This document shows positions 39,698 through 49,893 of a stretch of DNA of 64,000 bases, one piece after another. The position numbers and the translations under genes were made by a program. Origin of the DNA: an uncultured Roseobacter sp. (GTDB taxonomy: Bacteria > Pseudomonadota > Alphaproteobacteria > Rhodobacterales > Rhodobacteraceae); NCBI GenBank assembly GCA_913054455.1, contig CAJXIL010000002.1, positions 19,755 through 83,754 on the forward strand, written 5' to 3'. The notes under the pieces are model-generated. The model was not told where the DNA came from. It ran no database searches and was given only the letters and a program-made list of their open reading frames with translations. Positions within the stretch are counted from its first letter, which is position 1; each line of letters starts with the position of its first letter.

Positions 39698-40902
39698 CGG
39701 GTGACACTCCACTGGATCACCGGGCGGGCACGGCGCCAGTCGCGCATGGAGCCCAGAGGTCCAGCCTCTGCGATCTCGACTTTCAGCAGATGCCCGCCGT
39801 GGCGGGCATGGGCCTGCATCAGCAGCGTCTCGGTCTCTAGGGTGACACCATTTGCCACCAACCGGGTGCCTGGCGGCAGGATCATCCAGAGGTGGTCCAG
39901 CAGGGCCTGCGACCCGCCACCGCCAATAAAGACACAGTCTGGCAGCTCATATCCAGTTAGCACTTCAGGGGCCTTACCCAATGCGGCAGCCATGCGGTGA
40001 CTCAGGCCAAAGCGCTCGGCATTGGTGCGGATATTGTGCAAGCGCTCAGCGCGGGGCTCAAAACTGATGGCCCGCGCGCCTGGGGCTGCCAGACACCACT
40101 CCACTGAGACAGAGCCGGATCCGCCACCTATATCCCAGAGCAGCTCGCCTTTGCGTGGTGCCAGCGCCGACAGGGTCAGGGCGCGAATGGGGCGTTTGGT
40201 GATTTGACCGTCGCTGGCGAAATGCGCATCCGCCAGCCCCGAAGCCTGCGGCAGCCCGGGCTGAGTTGCCTCGATGGCGACGAGGACCGGTGCCCCCCCT
40301 GGCGGAAAATTCCAATCCTTGGCAATATCCTGGTACAGCCGTTCATGGGGGCCGCCAAGCCGCTCCATCAGATGCAGGCTCGCGGTATCATGGCCATTCT
40401 CAACCAGCCAGTGCGCTAGTTCTGCGGCGGCCTCTCCGTCACGCAGGGTGCAGATCACCCGTGTGCCCCGGCCCAAGAGCGGCAGGAGCTTGGCAAAAGG
40501 GGCGGCGTGGAGCCCAAGGCAGAGTGTGTCTTCCAGTTTCCACCCCAGGCGGTTAGCCGCGAGGGCAAAGCAGGAGGGAACCGGGTAAGAAACCCATTCT
40601 TCTGCCGCCAGATCCTTCATCAAAGAGCCCCCAGCCCCGTGCCAGAACGGATCGCCTGATGCGAGCACCACCACAGGGCTGCCGCGCAGCGCCAACACGG
40701 GCTGGGTGGAAAAGGGCACGGGCCAGGGCCGCGCCTTGGCCCCAGCCTCCACCAGATCCAGATGACGCGGCCCCCCGAAGATGACGTCCGCCGCCTGCAG
40801 TGCATTCTGGCTTGCCTCCGAGAGGCCTGCCAGTCCATCTTCACCCAGACCAATGATTGTCAGCCACGGCGGGGTGACAGATGCGACAACAGGATCAGAC
40901 AT
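39694..40902 (-). CDS. cobL: Precorrin-6Y C5,15-methyltransferase (decarboxylating)
   Basis: 'WLTIIGLGEDG', 'LASGDPFWHG', 'DGQITK', 'WDIGGGSGSV', 'FIGGG'. Confidence 0.95.
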   Translation of the reverse strand: MSDPVVASVTPPWLTIIGLGEDGLAGLSEASQNALQAADVIFGGPRHLDLVEAGAKARPWPVPFSTQPVLALRGSPVVVLASGDPFWHGAGGSLMKDLAAEEWVSYPVPSCFALAANRLGWKLEDTLCLGLHAAPFAKLLPLLGRGTRVICTLRDGEAAAELAHWLVENGHDTASLHLMERLGGPHERLYQDIAKDWNFPPGGAPVLVAIEATQPGLPQASGLADAHFASDGQITKRPIRALTLSALAPRKGELLWDIGGGSGSVSVEWCLAAPGARAISFEPRAERLHNIRTNAERFGLSHRMAAALGKAPEVLTGYELPDCVFIGGGGSQALLDHLWMILPPGTRLVANGVTLETETLLMQAHARHGGHLLKVEIAEAGPLGSMRDWRRARPVIQWSVTR

Positions 40903-41641
40903 GACACGTACCCTTGTGTTGGGCGGCACCACAGAGGCCAGCAGATTGGCCAAAGCCCTTGCGGAGGCAGGCGAGGATGCGGTGTTTTCTTATGCCGGTC
41001 GCACCGCTCACCCCATCGCGCAACCGCTGCCCATGCGAGTGGGGGGCTTTGGCGGGGTAGACGGATTGGTTACCTATCTTCGAGATGCGGCGATCAGTCA
41101 TGTCGTTGATGCCACCCACCCCTTTGCAGCGCAGATGAGTCGCAATACGGTTGCGGCCTGCGCAGAGGCCGGCGTGCCTCTCTGCGCCTTTGAACGCCCA
41201 GCCTGGCAAGTCTCGGTGGGTGACATCTGGATCCATGTTTCCGATATCGGCGCAGCGGTTCAGGCTCTGCCGGATGCGCCTTCGCGGGTCTTTCTGGCCA
41301 TCGGAAAACAGCATATTTCCGCCTTTGCCGCCAAGCCTCAGCATCACTATCTGCTCCGCCTGGTGGATACCCCGGAGGCAGAACTGCCGCTGCCCCACTG
41401 CAGTATCGAGATTGCCCGTGGACCCTTCGATGAGACCGGGGATCTTGCTTTGATGCAGCGCTATGGGATCACCCATGTGGTGTCTAAAAACGCCGGGGGG
41501 CACGGTGCTTCGGCCAAGCTTGCTGCTGCGCGGGCGCTCACTCTGCCGATCATCATGATCGACAGACCTCAGGTGCCGCCCCGTATGGCTTTTGGGGATC
41601 TGGCAGAGGTGATGGCCTGGCTGTCTCATACTCCCGCTTAG
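40901..41641 (+). CDS. cobK: Precorrin-6A reductase
   Basis: 'LVLGGTTEA', 'GGFGG', 'VDATHPFA', 'VSKNAGG...KL.AAR'. Confidence 0.95.
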   Translation: MTRTLVLGGTTEASRLAKALAEAGEDAVFSYAGRTAHPIAQPLPMRVGGFGGVDGLVTYLRDAAISHVVDATHPFAAQMSRNTVAACAEAGVPLCAFERPAWQVSVGDIWIHVSDIGAAVQALPDAPSRVFLAIGKQHISAFAAKPQHHYLLRLVDTPEAELPLPHCSIEIARGPFDETGDLALMQRYGITHVVSKNAGGHGASAKLAAARALTLPIIMIDRPQVPPRMAFGDLAEVMAWLSHTPA

Positions 41642-42402
41642 CCCTCGTCCCGTGCATAGCGCGGGGTGTAGATATGGGGGCCAATGCGGCGGGTGTCCTT
41701 GTTGCCTACGATCACCACAGTGCGCATATCCGCCATCTCAGGAGTTGCCTCGTTCAATGTCACTGTCTGGATTTTCTCGTCCGGTTTGGAGACGTCGCGG
41801 GCGAAGGAGATCAGCGTTTCGCCACCACAGGCCTCACGCAGGATCTCTAGTGCGCGTGCGAATTGATGAGGGCGCGATTTTGAGCGCGGATTGTAAAACC
41901 CCATGGCAAAGCCCGCTTCGCCTGCCAGGCGCAGGCGTCTTTCAATTAGGCTCCAGGGCTTCAGATTGTCGCTGAGGTTTATGGCGGCGAAATCATGCCC
42001 CATGGGCGCGCCAATCCGGGCTGAGGCAGCCAGCATCGCCGTGATGCCGGGCAGAACCTGAATGTCCAGATCCAGCCAAGTGGGCTTATTGGCTACTTCT
42101 AGGGCCTCAAAAACCGCGGAAGCCATGGCAAACACACCTGGGTCCCCCGAGGAAACCACCGCCACACGCCTGCCGCTCGCGGCCATCCCTAATGCATGGG
42201 TGGCGCGTTCTACCTCAACCCGGTTGTCCGTGGCATGTAGGGTGCGGCCGGGGCGATCGGGGATGCGTTCCACATAGGGAATATAGCCAACAATATCGGT
42301 GGCCCCCTCAATCACCTCTTGGACCTGGCTTGTCACCATTGTCTCATCGCCGGGGCCTAGGCCAACAATTTTTACCCAGCCTTTGGCAGTCGTTTCTGTC
42401 AT
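41638..42402 (-). CDS. cobJ: Precorrin-3B C17-methyltransferase
   Basis: 'VGLGPG', 'VSSGDPGVFAMA', 'LSDNLKPW', 'YNPRS', 'DMRT', 'YTPR'. Confidence 0.95.
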   Translation of the reverse strand: MTETTAKGWVKIVGLGPGDETMVTSQVQEVIEGATDIVGYIPYVERIPDRPGRTLHATDNRVEVERATHALGMAASGRRVAVVSSGDPGVFAMASAVFEALEVANKPTWLDLDIQVLPGITAMLAASARIGAPMGHDFAAINLSDNLKPWSLIERRLRLAGEAGFAMGFYNPRSKSRPHQFARALEILREACGGETLISFARDVSKPDEKIQTVTLNEATPEMADMRTVVIVGNKDTRRIGPHIYTPRYARDEG

Positions 42403-43121
42403 GGTCTGCGCCCCTGTCCGTGTATCAGCACAATCGAGAAATAGGGCACTTCGCCCTGAATCTCAGAGAGCTTTTGTACCGTTTGGCTGGGCATGGTGCC
42501 GCGCTCCACCAGCCAAGCGTCATCCGCCTTACCAGCGGTGCGCAGGGCACGGCGCAGCTTGGGCAGGTTGCGGCCGATTTTCATGACCACTAAGGCGTCC
42601 GTTTCCTGGATGCGGCGGGTCAATTCTTCCTCAGACAGGGTGGCCATGGCCACAGTCAGCACATCATCGCCCCAGGTGATGGGCTGGCCGGTGGCCGTCC
42701 AGCAGCCGGACATGCCGGTGATGCCAGGGATAATCTCTTGCTCAGCACGGCCCTGGAGCCGTGTGTAGAGATGCATAAAGGAGCCATAAAAGAAGGGATC
42801 ACCTTCGCAAAGCACCACGATATCTTCGCTTTCGGCGATCTCTGCCAGGGTATCGGTCCAGTGGTCATAGAAGGCGGCCATGACCCGATTGTATTCGGGA
42901 TCAGAGAAATGGACCTCAGTGGTTACCGGATATTCCATCGCGTGCTCAATGACGCCCTCAGGCAAGAGGCCATCAACCAGGGCGCGGGCCTGCCCTTTGC
43001 GACCCTCCTTGCGGAAATAGGCCACATGACGAGCGCCCTGAATGGCGCGCCAGGACTTGACGCTCATCAGCTCCGGATCGCCCGGGCCCAGACCTGCGCA
43101 GATGACTTTTCCCATGCTCAC
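42399..43121 (-). CDS. cobI: Precorrin-2 C20-methyltransferase
   Basis: 'GLGPGDPEL', 'YPVTTE', 'LCEGDPFFYGS', 'PYFS'. Confidence 0.95.
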   Translation of the reverse strand: MSMGKVICAGLGPGDPELMSVKSWRAIQGARHVAYFRKEGRKGQARALVDGLLPEGVIEHAMEYPVTTEVHFSDPEYNRVMAAFYDHWTDTLAEIAESEDIVVLCEGDPFFYGSFMHLYTRLQGRAEQEIIPGITGMSGCWTATGQPITWGDDVLTVAMATLSEEELTRRIQETDALVVMKIGRNLPKLRRALRTAGKADDAWLVERGTMPSQTVQKLSEIQGEVPYFSIVLIHGQGRRP

Positions 43122-43747
43122 TCTTTCCAGCTTGCCAGGGCATTGACGGCGGCCACGGTGATAGCAGATCCACCCAGGCGGCCTTTGACGATCATGGAAG
43201 GCACCGGCAGGTCCTCCATCAGGGCTTCTTTTGATTCCATTGCACCAACAAAACCAACAGGACAGCCAATGATGGCAGAGGGGCGCGGGCAGGTGGGATC
43301 CTTAAGCATGTTCAACAGGTGAAAGAGGGCCGTGGGCGCGTTGCCAATGGCCACAACCGCACCCTCGAGCTGGGGGCGCCAGAGCTCCAGTGCGGCGGCA
43401 GATCGGGTGTTGCCCATCTCCTTGGCCATCTCAGGTACCTTGGGATCGCGCAGGGTGCAGATGACCTCATTATTGGCGGCAAGCCGCGGCCGGGTAATGC
43501 CTTCGCTGACCATATGGGCGTCGCACAGGATCGGCGCACCTGCAGCCAGGGCGGCGCGCGCGGTTTCTGCCATCCCAGGGGAAAACTGGATGTATTGTTC
43601 CAGGCCGACCATGCCAGCAGCGTGAATCATACGTACGGCGACGCTTTCCTCATCCTTGTTGAACCGGGCCAGATCGGCCTCCGCGCGGATGGTGGCAAAG
43701 CTTTCGGCGTAGATGGCGGCGCCGTTGGTTTCGTAGCTGTGGAGCAT
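43118..43747 (-). CDS. cobH: Precorrin-8X methylmutase
   Basis: 'IY.ESFATIR', 'TRSAAA', 'IGNAPTAL', 'PVGFVGA.ESK', 'GRLGGS'. Confidence 0.96.
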   Translation of the reverse strand: MLHSYETNGAAIYAESFATIRAEADLARFNKDEESVAVRMIHAAGMVGLEQYIQFSPGMAETARAALAAGAPILCDAHMVSEGITRPRLAANNEVICTLRDPKVPEMAKEMGNTRSAAALELWRPQLEGAVVAIGNAPTALFHLLNMLKDPTCPRPSAIIGCPVGFVGAMESKEALMEDLPVPSMIVKGRLGGSAITVAAVNALASWKE

Positions 43748-43748
43748 A

Positions 43749-44921
43749 TTATCTGCCCTTTGTCAGAATTTGAGGCGCGGCACGCAGGGCGCTGGCACTT
43801 TGGGTTTCTTTTACCGGTTGATCGCTGGCTCTACCATGGTGGATCAGATCGAATGTGTCGGAGGATGTGGCGGTTAACGTTAGAGGAGCAGGGCCCGGAT
43901 GGGCGCAGCCCTTAGCGCAGCCCGAAACGTGTAGGATCTGTCCTTCTGGAACGTGGGGCGCCAGATCGCGGGCCAGATCGCGGGTGTCCGAAAGCGCCTG
44001 CAGGCAACCGGGCGCTCCGGTACAGGCGCGCACCTGCAGGCGGGGATCTGTTGCGTCAAGGATCACGCCGGGCAGGGTGGTTAGATCACGTGCACCTTCC
44101 ATCAGGAGCATACGCCATGGGGTCAGGCGCAGGGGGGCAATTTCTGCTAAGGATGCAAAGGCTTTGGCGGTGATTTGGCCAAACTCCAGCGCGACCAACT
44201 GGCCGCTGGCCGTGTTCCCTGGGCCTGGCTGAGGCGCGCTGGTGCAACGGGGCACCTCATGCGCGGGCGGTGGCGCGCGGCGCGCAGTGAGCGCCTGCAT
44301 CCGGCCACGCCCTTTCGGCGCGCCGCCCTGTTCCAGAAACCAACGCGCCAAGTCCAAGGCCGCTTCTTCGGCGGTGTCAACCGTCACCGGGCACCCGACC
44401 TGGGTCCCATCTGCGATAAGTAAGATATCAGGGCCACTGCGCTCAAAGCGGATATCTGCCGCGCAGTTTGGCAGCAGGGGCTTCACGCCCGTATCAACCA
44501 CAAAGCCGAATTTCCCCGGAAGCAGTAGGTCCTTTGCCGCCAGCAGGGCGCCTTCCAGGCTGCGGGCGATCCTGTGGCTGACATCGCCCTCCTGCCAAAA
44601 GGGGGTCAGTAGGATATTCCGACGGCTTTCACGCCAGACGTCTTGGTCCAAAAGCCCGAGCTCCTGCAGGCCCGCGATGACAGAACCATGGGTTTCAGGA
44701 GAAACGCCGCGCAATTGCAGATTGGCCCGGGCTGAGAGATCAATCAGCCCGTTGCCATATTGGCGAGACAGGTCCGCGATTGCCGTGGCCTGCGCTTGGC
44801 TCAATCGCCCAAGCGGCGCGCGGATGCGCACCACCAAACCGTCGCCGGACACCATGGGGCGCAGGGCTCCTGGGCACCAGCCGTAGACTTTGGGAGAGGG
44901 GGCGGAGCGGTTTGAACTCAT
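43749..44921 (-). CDS. cobG: Precorrin-3B synthase
   Basis: 'GWCPGA.RPM.SGDGL', 'RANLQLRG', 'ACTGAPGC', 'HVSGCAKGCAH'. ATGA-coupled to cobN. Confidence 0.93.
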   Translation of the reverse strand: MSSNRSAPSPKVYGWCPGALRPMVSGDGLVVRIRAPLGRLSQAQATAIADLSRQYGNGLIDLSARANLQLRGVSPETHGSVIAGLQELGLLDQDVWRESRRNILLTPFWQEGDVSHRIARSLEGALLAAKDLLLPGKFGFVVDTGVKPLLPNCAADIRFERSGPDILLIADGTQVGCPVTVDTAEEAALDLARWFLEQGGAPKGRGRMQALTARRAPPPAHEVPRCTSAPQPGPGNTASGQLVALEFGQITAKAFASLAEIAPLRLTPWRMLLMEGARDLTTLPGVILDATDPRLQVRACTGAPGCLQALSDTRDLARDLAPHVPEGQILHVSGCAKGCAHPGPAPLTLTATSSDTFDLIHHGRASDQPVKETQSASALRAAPQILTKGR

Positions 44922-47900
44922 CCGGCCTGCTCCAGCGTGGCAATGATGGAGTTGCGCCGACTGATCCAAAGACCTGCCTCGGCCAGGGCCCGAAAGCGGT
45001 CGCGCATCGCCTGCAGGGCGGCAGGATTTTCGTGCTCCATGAATTCGACCAGGTCTTCACGTCCCAAGGTGGCCTCAAAGTAGAGATCAAACAGATGCGG
45101 TGGTACCACCTGCGCCAGATGAGCAAAGGCTGCCATATGATCCAGAGTGGCCGCAATTTCAGCGCCGCCGCGAAACCCGTGACGCATCATCGAGCTGGCC
45201 CAGTCGGGATTGATGGCGCGGGCGCGGGTGACACGGGCAATTTCTTCCCCTAAGGAGCGCGCCTGTGGGCGATCGGGGCGGGTTGCGTCCATATGGTATA
45301 GGGCCGGAGTCGGGGAGCCCAGCCGTGCCATGGCTGCCGCAAAGCCGGCTTCATGGGCGGCATAGTCCGATGCAACCAGCAGATCCGTTTCCGGCAAATC
45401 CTGAAGATGCACAAAACTGTCTGCGCTTTTGAGGCGGGCCTCCAGTGCGGAGCGGGCTTCGGTAATGTCGCCCTTGGCGTCGATGGCATGAGAAGAGGCG
45501 TTGATCCAGGCCTCTCCGGCGGCAGCCCGGGAACTGTCGCTATAGGTATCGATATGTGGGCCCATTGAGAGGCCATATTGACCGGGTTTGGGGCCAAAGA
45601 CCCGGGGAGACTGTTCCAGGTAGGGGTTATCGGTCTCGCTTTCGTCGCGCGCAGCCAAGGCCGTGGCTGCCGCTTCGAACATTTGGGCAAGGCCTGGAAA
45701 AACATCGCGAAACAGGCCGGACACGCGCAGGGTCACATCGATGCGAGGGCGTCCCAGCATGGAAAGCGGCAGCACTTCAAAGCCAGAGACACGTTCGGAG
45801 TCCTTGTCCCATTGCGGCGCAAGCCCCGCCAAGTGCAGGGCCATGGCAAATTCTTCGCCAGCAGTACGCATGGTGGCAGAGCCCCAGAGATCAATCACCA
45901 ACCCCTGTGGCCAGTCGCCATGGTCCTGCAGGTGGCGGCGCAGCAGCTCTTCCGCAAGTTTGACTCCCTGCGCCTGCGCCGCCCGCGAGGGCACCGAGCG
46001 TGGATCGGTGGTAAAGAGGTTGCGCCCGGTCGGCAGAACGTCGGATCGACCGCGAAACGGGGAGCCGGAGGGGCCGGGGGGGACCATTTTGCCAACCAGG
46101 GCTGCAACCAGCCCGGCGCGTTCTTCAGCGCCGCAGGCACCGGTGCCAAAGATATGTAGCCCCTCGCCATATTGGCTTTCCTTGATGTCACAGACAAAGG
46201 CATCGATCCGGGTGATCGCCTCGGCGGCGGAACAGTCAGGCGTGAGACCTAGGTCGGCCTCAACGCCTGTGCCCTGTGCTTCGCCACGGATATCATCCAA
46301 CAGACGATCGCGCCGCGCCGGATCCAAGCCATCGGCGGTGGAGTATTCATCCAGCAGACTCTCCAATCTGGCCATGCCTTCGGGAAGGCTCGTCTGGGCC
46401 AGAGGGGGCGGCAGATGGCCCAGGGTTACAGCGCCGACGCGGCGTTTGGCCTGGGCCGCCTCGCCGGGGTCGTTGACAATAAAGGGATAGGTGATTGGCA
46501 GTGCGCCGGTGAGGGCTTCAGGCCAGCAGTCATTGGAAAGAGCAACCGCCTTGCCTGGCAGCCACTCTAGCGTTCCATGGGCCCCAATATGAACAAGCGC
46601 ATCACTGAATTGGTGTAGCCAGAGGTAGAAGGCGACATAGGCATGGCGCGGGGTGCGGTCCAGATCGTGGTAGTCCTCGACGCGGCTTTGGACCTCGCCG
46701 CGTTCTGGCTGGAGGGCAATCAGGGCCTTGCCAGCCTGGATCGCCTTAAAATGAAAGGCGCCGTCGTGGAAATCCGGGTCTGTCTCTGCATCGCCCCAGG
46801 CGGCGTTCAGAGCGTCGCGCAGGGCTTCGGGGAGACCTGCCAACGCCATGCAATAGGCCTCAAAAGAATAGCTGAGAGTTTCAGTGCCAAGGCGATTTCC
46901 AAGATCACTTTGCGGTGAAATTTCATAGCCTTGGGCAGAGAGCTCTTTGAGGATTTCCGAGCAGGACGCCAGAGCGTCGAGACCCACCGCGTGGGCCAGG
47001 TTATGGGCTTTTCCGGGGTAGGTCGACAGGATCAGGCTTGGGCGTTTTTGCACATTGGGCAGAACGGCAAGGCGCAGCCAGCCTTCTATCCGGTCCACGA
47101 TCGCGGTAATGCGATCTGGCACTGGGCGGTGGGCAAAACGTGAATATTGCAGGTCTGAATCCTGCTTGCCGGGAGATTTGAAACTGATCACTCCAGCAAG
47201 GATGCGGCCGTCAACTTCAGGAAGGACCACATGCATGGCAAGATCGGCAGGGGATAATCCGCGGGCGGCCGCTGCCCAGTCTTTCTTGCGCGCAGTTGAG
47301 AGCGCCACCTGAAACACCGGGCAGCCGGTGGTGTTGAGCGGTGAGGCACTGCCGTCGCTGCCTTGGGCGGAAAACGCGGTGGCGTTGACAATGGCAGCGG
47401 GGGCCAAGCGAGGCAGGGTCTGACGCAGCCAGTCGGAAGTTTCTGGGGACTTGAGGCTGGCGGCAAACATGCCATAGGCGGCATAGCCGCGCGCGCGCAG
47501 CTCTGCGATGAGCCCATCAATCGGGGCGGTATCTGCCGCCGTCAGGTAGGAGCGATAAAAGCTGACCAGAACCAGGGGTTTGTCGCTTTCCTCGGGCTCA
47601 GGGATCACGCCCTTGGCAGGGTCATAGAACCCATGCGCAGGTGTGGATTTGTGACCGGGTACGGGCCCGGCATAGAGCCCGGCAGCGAGGGAGAGTTGCG
47701 CCAGTGCCGCCTGCGCTGCAACAGCGCCACCGGCATCACAGAGCGCCTGCAACCGCCGCAGGGTGGAAACGGGCAGGGTTGAAAGCTCGTCTAGGCGGGG
47801 ATCTTCGCGGCCATCGGCCGGCAGCAGGGCAAGAGCGATGCCTCTGCGACGGGCAAGATCCTGCAGGGTGGCCAGTCCGTAGGGCCAATAGCTTTCGCCG

Positions 47901-48163
47901 CCGATGAGGCGCACCAGAATGCCCTTGGTGCCTTCCAGCGTTTGCTCCGCATAGGTATCCACCGACAGAGGATGTTTCAGCGCAACCAAATTGGCCAGCC
48001 GGAGGCTGGGCAGTTTTCCTTCTGCGCGATGCCAGCCTGCCGCAAACGCGCCAAGGTCGCTGTCGGAGAAAGACAACACCACCAGGTCCGCAGGTGTTTG
48101 CCCTAGATCCTGCGGCGTATCTGTTTGATCCAAGCCATGGCTTTCGCGGAAGACAACATGCAT
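44918..48163 (-). CDS. cobN: Cobaltochelatase subunit CobN
   Basis: 'SFSDSDL', 'LPEVDGR', 'HIGAHGTLEWLPGK', 'NDPGE', 'LPTGRN', 'RVSGLFRD'. Confidence 0.96.
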   Translation of the reverse strand: MHVVFRESHGLDQTDTPQDLGQTPADLVVLSFSDSDLGAFAAGWHRAEGKLPSLRLANLVALKHPLSVDTYAEQTLEGTKGILVRLIGGESYWPYGLATLQDLARRRGIALALLPADGREDPRLDELSTLPVSTLRRLQALCDAGGAVAAQAALAQLSLAAGLYAGPVPGHKSTPAHGFYDPAKGVIPEPEESDKPLVLVSFYRSYLTAADTAPIDGLIAELRARGYAAYGMFAASLKSPETSDWLRQTLPRLAPAAIVNATAFSAQGSDGSASPLNTTGCPVFQVALSTARKKDWAAAARGLSPADLAMHVVLPEVDGRILAGVISFKSPGKQDSDLQYSRFAHRPVPDRITAIVDRIEGWLRLAVLPNVQKRPSLILSTYPGKAHNLAHAVGLDALASCSEILKELSAQGYEISPQSDLGNRLGTETLSYSFEAYCMALAGLPEALRDALNAAWGDAETDPDFHDGAFHFKAIQAGKALIALQPERGEVQSRVEDYHDLDRTPRHAYVAFYLWLHQFSDALVHIGAHGTLEWLPGKAVALSNDCWPEALTGALPITYPFIVNDPGEAAQAKRRVGAVTLGHLPPPLAQTSLPEGMARLESLLDEYSTADGLDPARRDRLLDDIRGEAQGTGVEADLGLTPDCSAAEAITRIDAFVCDIKESQYGEGLHIFGTGACGAEERAGLVAALVGKMVPPGPSGSPFRGRSDVLPTGRNLFTTDPRSVPSRAAQAQGVKLAEELLRRHLQDHGDWPQGLVIDLWGSATMRTAGEEFAMALHLAGLAPQWDKDSERVSGFEVLPLSMLGRPRIDVTLRVSGLFRDVFPGLAQMFEAAATALAARDESETDNPYLEQSPRVFGPKPGQYGLSMGPHIDTYSDSSRAAAGEAWINASSHAIDAKGDITEARSALEARLKSADSFVHLQDLPETDLLVASDYAAHEAGFAAAMARLGSPTPALYHMDATRPDRPQARSLGEEIARVTRARAINPDWASSMMRHGFRGGAEIAATLDHMAAFAHLAQVVPPHLFDLYFEATLGREDLVEFMEHENPAALQAMRDRFRALAEAGLWISRRNSIIATLEQAG

Positions 48164-48193
48164 CGTTCAAAGCCTTGCCAAGAGATGGGGGGT

Positions 48194-48283
48194 GGGCAGC
48201 GCCTGACCTTGGGAGGATGCAAAGCTCCCTCCCGCTTTGCTCCGGTCAAACCCTTGGTTTGATAGGGAGGTCAGGCGCTGCCC
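48194..48283. repeat. Palindromic REP/MITE-like element
   Basis: Perfect 16-bp terminal IR GGGCAGCGCCTGACCT / AGGTCAGGCGCTGCCC enclosing two small hairpins. Confidence 0.7.
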
Positions 48284-48332
48284 GGCGGTATTGCCGGGCG
48301 AAATCATAGAAATTTCGCCGGTTGGCATCAGT

Positions 48333-49367
48333 TCATGCCCCCAGTTCAGCGCGGATGGCGGCGCCATCGATGTTGTCATGCTCAGCAATTACCACCAGCT
48401 GGGTGCGACGTTCGCTGTTCCCCCAGGGTTGGTCATATTGAGCGCGCAGGCGTTCGCCCACGGCCTGCACCAACATACGCATTGGCTTTCCTTCCACCGC
48501 CACATAGCCTTTGACGCGCAGGATATTGCGGGTTCGGGCAAGTTTCACGATGGCATTTTGCAGCGCTTCCGGATCGGAAACTTCGCCCATTTCGACAACA
48601 ATGCTCTCAAAATCGTCATGCTCGTGATCATGGTGGCCATCGTGATGGCTGGGACGTGCCTCCAGGTCGTCTTCGGCGGCGGCATTCAACCCCAGAACGA
48701 TGCGTGGATCAATTACCCCTTCGCTCATGGGCAGGATCGGCAATTGGCGGGGGGCTTCGGTCTCAATCACTTTGCGCGCAGCCTCCAGCCCGGCTTCTCC
48801 GGCCAGATCGGCCTTAGACAACAGAACGATATCCGCGCAGGAGATCTGATCTTCAAACACCTCGGAGAGCGGGGTTTCGTGGTCTAGGCTGTCATCGGCT
48901 TCGCGCTGGGCCTCAACGGCGGCAAGATCAGGGGCAAACTGGCCTGCAGCCACGGCCTCGGCATCGGCCAGGGCAATGACACCGTCAACAGTGATGCGTG
49001 AGCGGATTGCGGGCCAGTCGAAGGCCTTGAGCAGAGGCTTTGGCAGCGCCAGGCCGGAGGTCTCGATGAGGATATGTTCGGGCTGTTCCGGCAACGCCAT
49101 CAGGGCCTCAATCGTGGGGATGAAGTCATCGGCCACGGTGCAGCAAATGCAGCCATTGGCCAGCTCCACGATATTGTTTTCGGGGCAGTTTTCGTCGGCG
49201 CAGGATTTCAGGATATCGCCATCAACACCAGCGGTGCCAAATTCGTTAACCAGAACAGCCAGACGTTTTCCCTGAGGGTTCTGCATCAGGTGGCGGATTA
49301 GCGTGGTTTTACCCGCACCCAGAAAGCCGGTGATAACGGTGACGGGGATTTTGTTGAGGTTGCTCAT
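48333..49367 (-). CDS. cobW: Cobalamin biosynthesis GTPase metallochaperone
   Basis: 'TGFLGAGKTT', 'NEFG', 'GCICC', 'ETSGLA.PKPL', His-rich 'HHDGHHDHEHD'. Confidence 0.95.
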   Translation of the reverse strand: MSNLNKIPVTVITGFLGAGKTTLIRHLMQNPQGKRLAVLVNEFGTAGVDGDILKSCADENCPENNIVELANGCICCTVADDFIPTIEALMALPEQPEHILIETSGLALPKPLLKAFDWPAIRSRITVDGVIALADAEAVAAGQFAPDLAAVEAQREADDSLDHETPLSEVFEDQISCADIVLLSKADLAGEAGLEAARKVIETEAPRQLPILPMSEGVIDPRIVLGLNAAAEDDLEARPSHHDGHHDHEHDDFESIVVEMGEVSDPEALQNAIVKLARTRNILRVKGYVAVEGKPMRMLVQAVGERLRAQYDQPWGNSERRTQLVVIAEHDNIDGAAIRAELGA

Positions 49368-49373
49368 TGGGGC

Positions 49374-49784
49374 TTAATCCTTGAAAGGCAGTTTGATCGG
49401 GGGGATGCGGGCGATGGATTGTTTGCGAAAGACCTGCGGGCGTTCGCGCCAGGGCACCAGACCATCCGCTGTTGCAGCATAGGCGGCAGCCCCTGCGAGA
49501 ATGTCATCGACATGCTGGTCAGGATCCAGGTCACCGTAGATATAGCTCCAGCGGTCTTCGCCGCCAGTCAGAACCATTGCGCATCCGCGTTTGCAAGCTG
49601 AGAGGCATTCGACACCACGTACGGTGACACCAGCGGGCAGCTCTGCCTCATCCAGCGCGTCCATGAGGATTGCACCCGGCCGCGTGGCTTCGGGGTCAAC
49701 GCCTTCGCGTTTACAGGTGGTGCAGATCGTCAGAGTGACCTCTGTTGGATTTCCAGCGGGGGTCTCCGCCATATCTTCAGCCAT
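49374..49784 (-). CDS. DUF1636 family putative metal-binding protein
   Basis: 'ICTTC', 'VECLSACKRGC', 'WSYIYGDL', 'DGLVPWRERP...IARIPP'. Confidence 0.88.
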   Translation of the reverse strand: MAEDMAETPAGNPTEVTLTICTTCKREGVDPEATRPGAILMDALDEAELPAGVTVRGVECLSACKRGCAMVLTGGEDRWSYIYGDLDPDQHVDDILAGAAAYAATADGLVPWRERPQVFRKQSIARIPPIKLPFKD

Positions 49785-49893
49785 CAGCGCGCGTCCTTTG
49801 TTTGCAGGGATCAGGGCTGGGCCAGCAGGGAGAGCGCAGCGAGGCACTCCCACAACCAGTCGCGAAACACCCCGTCCGCTCGTTGTCTCATGC

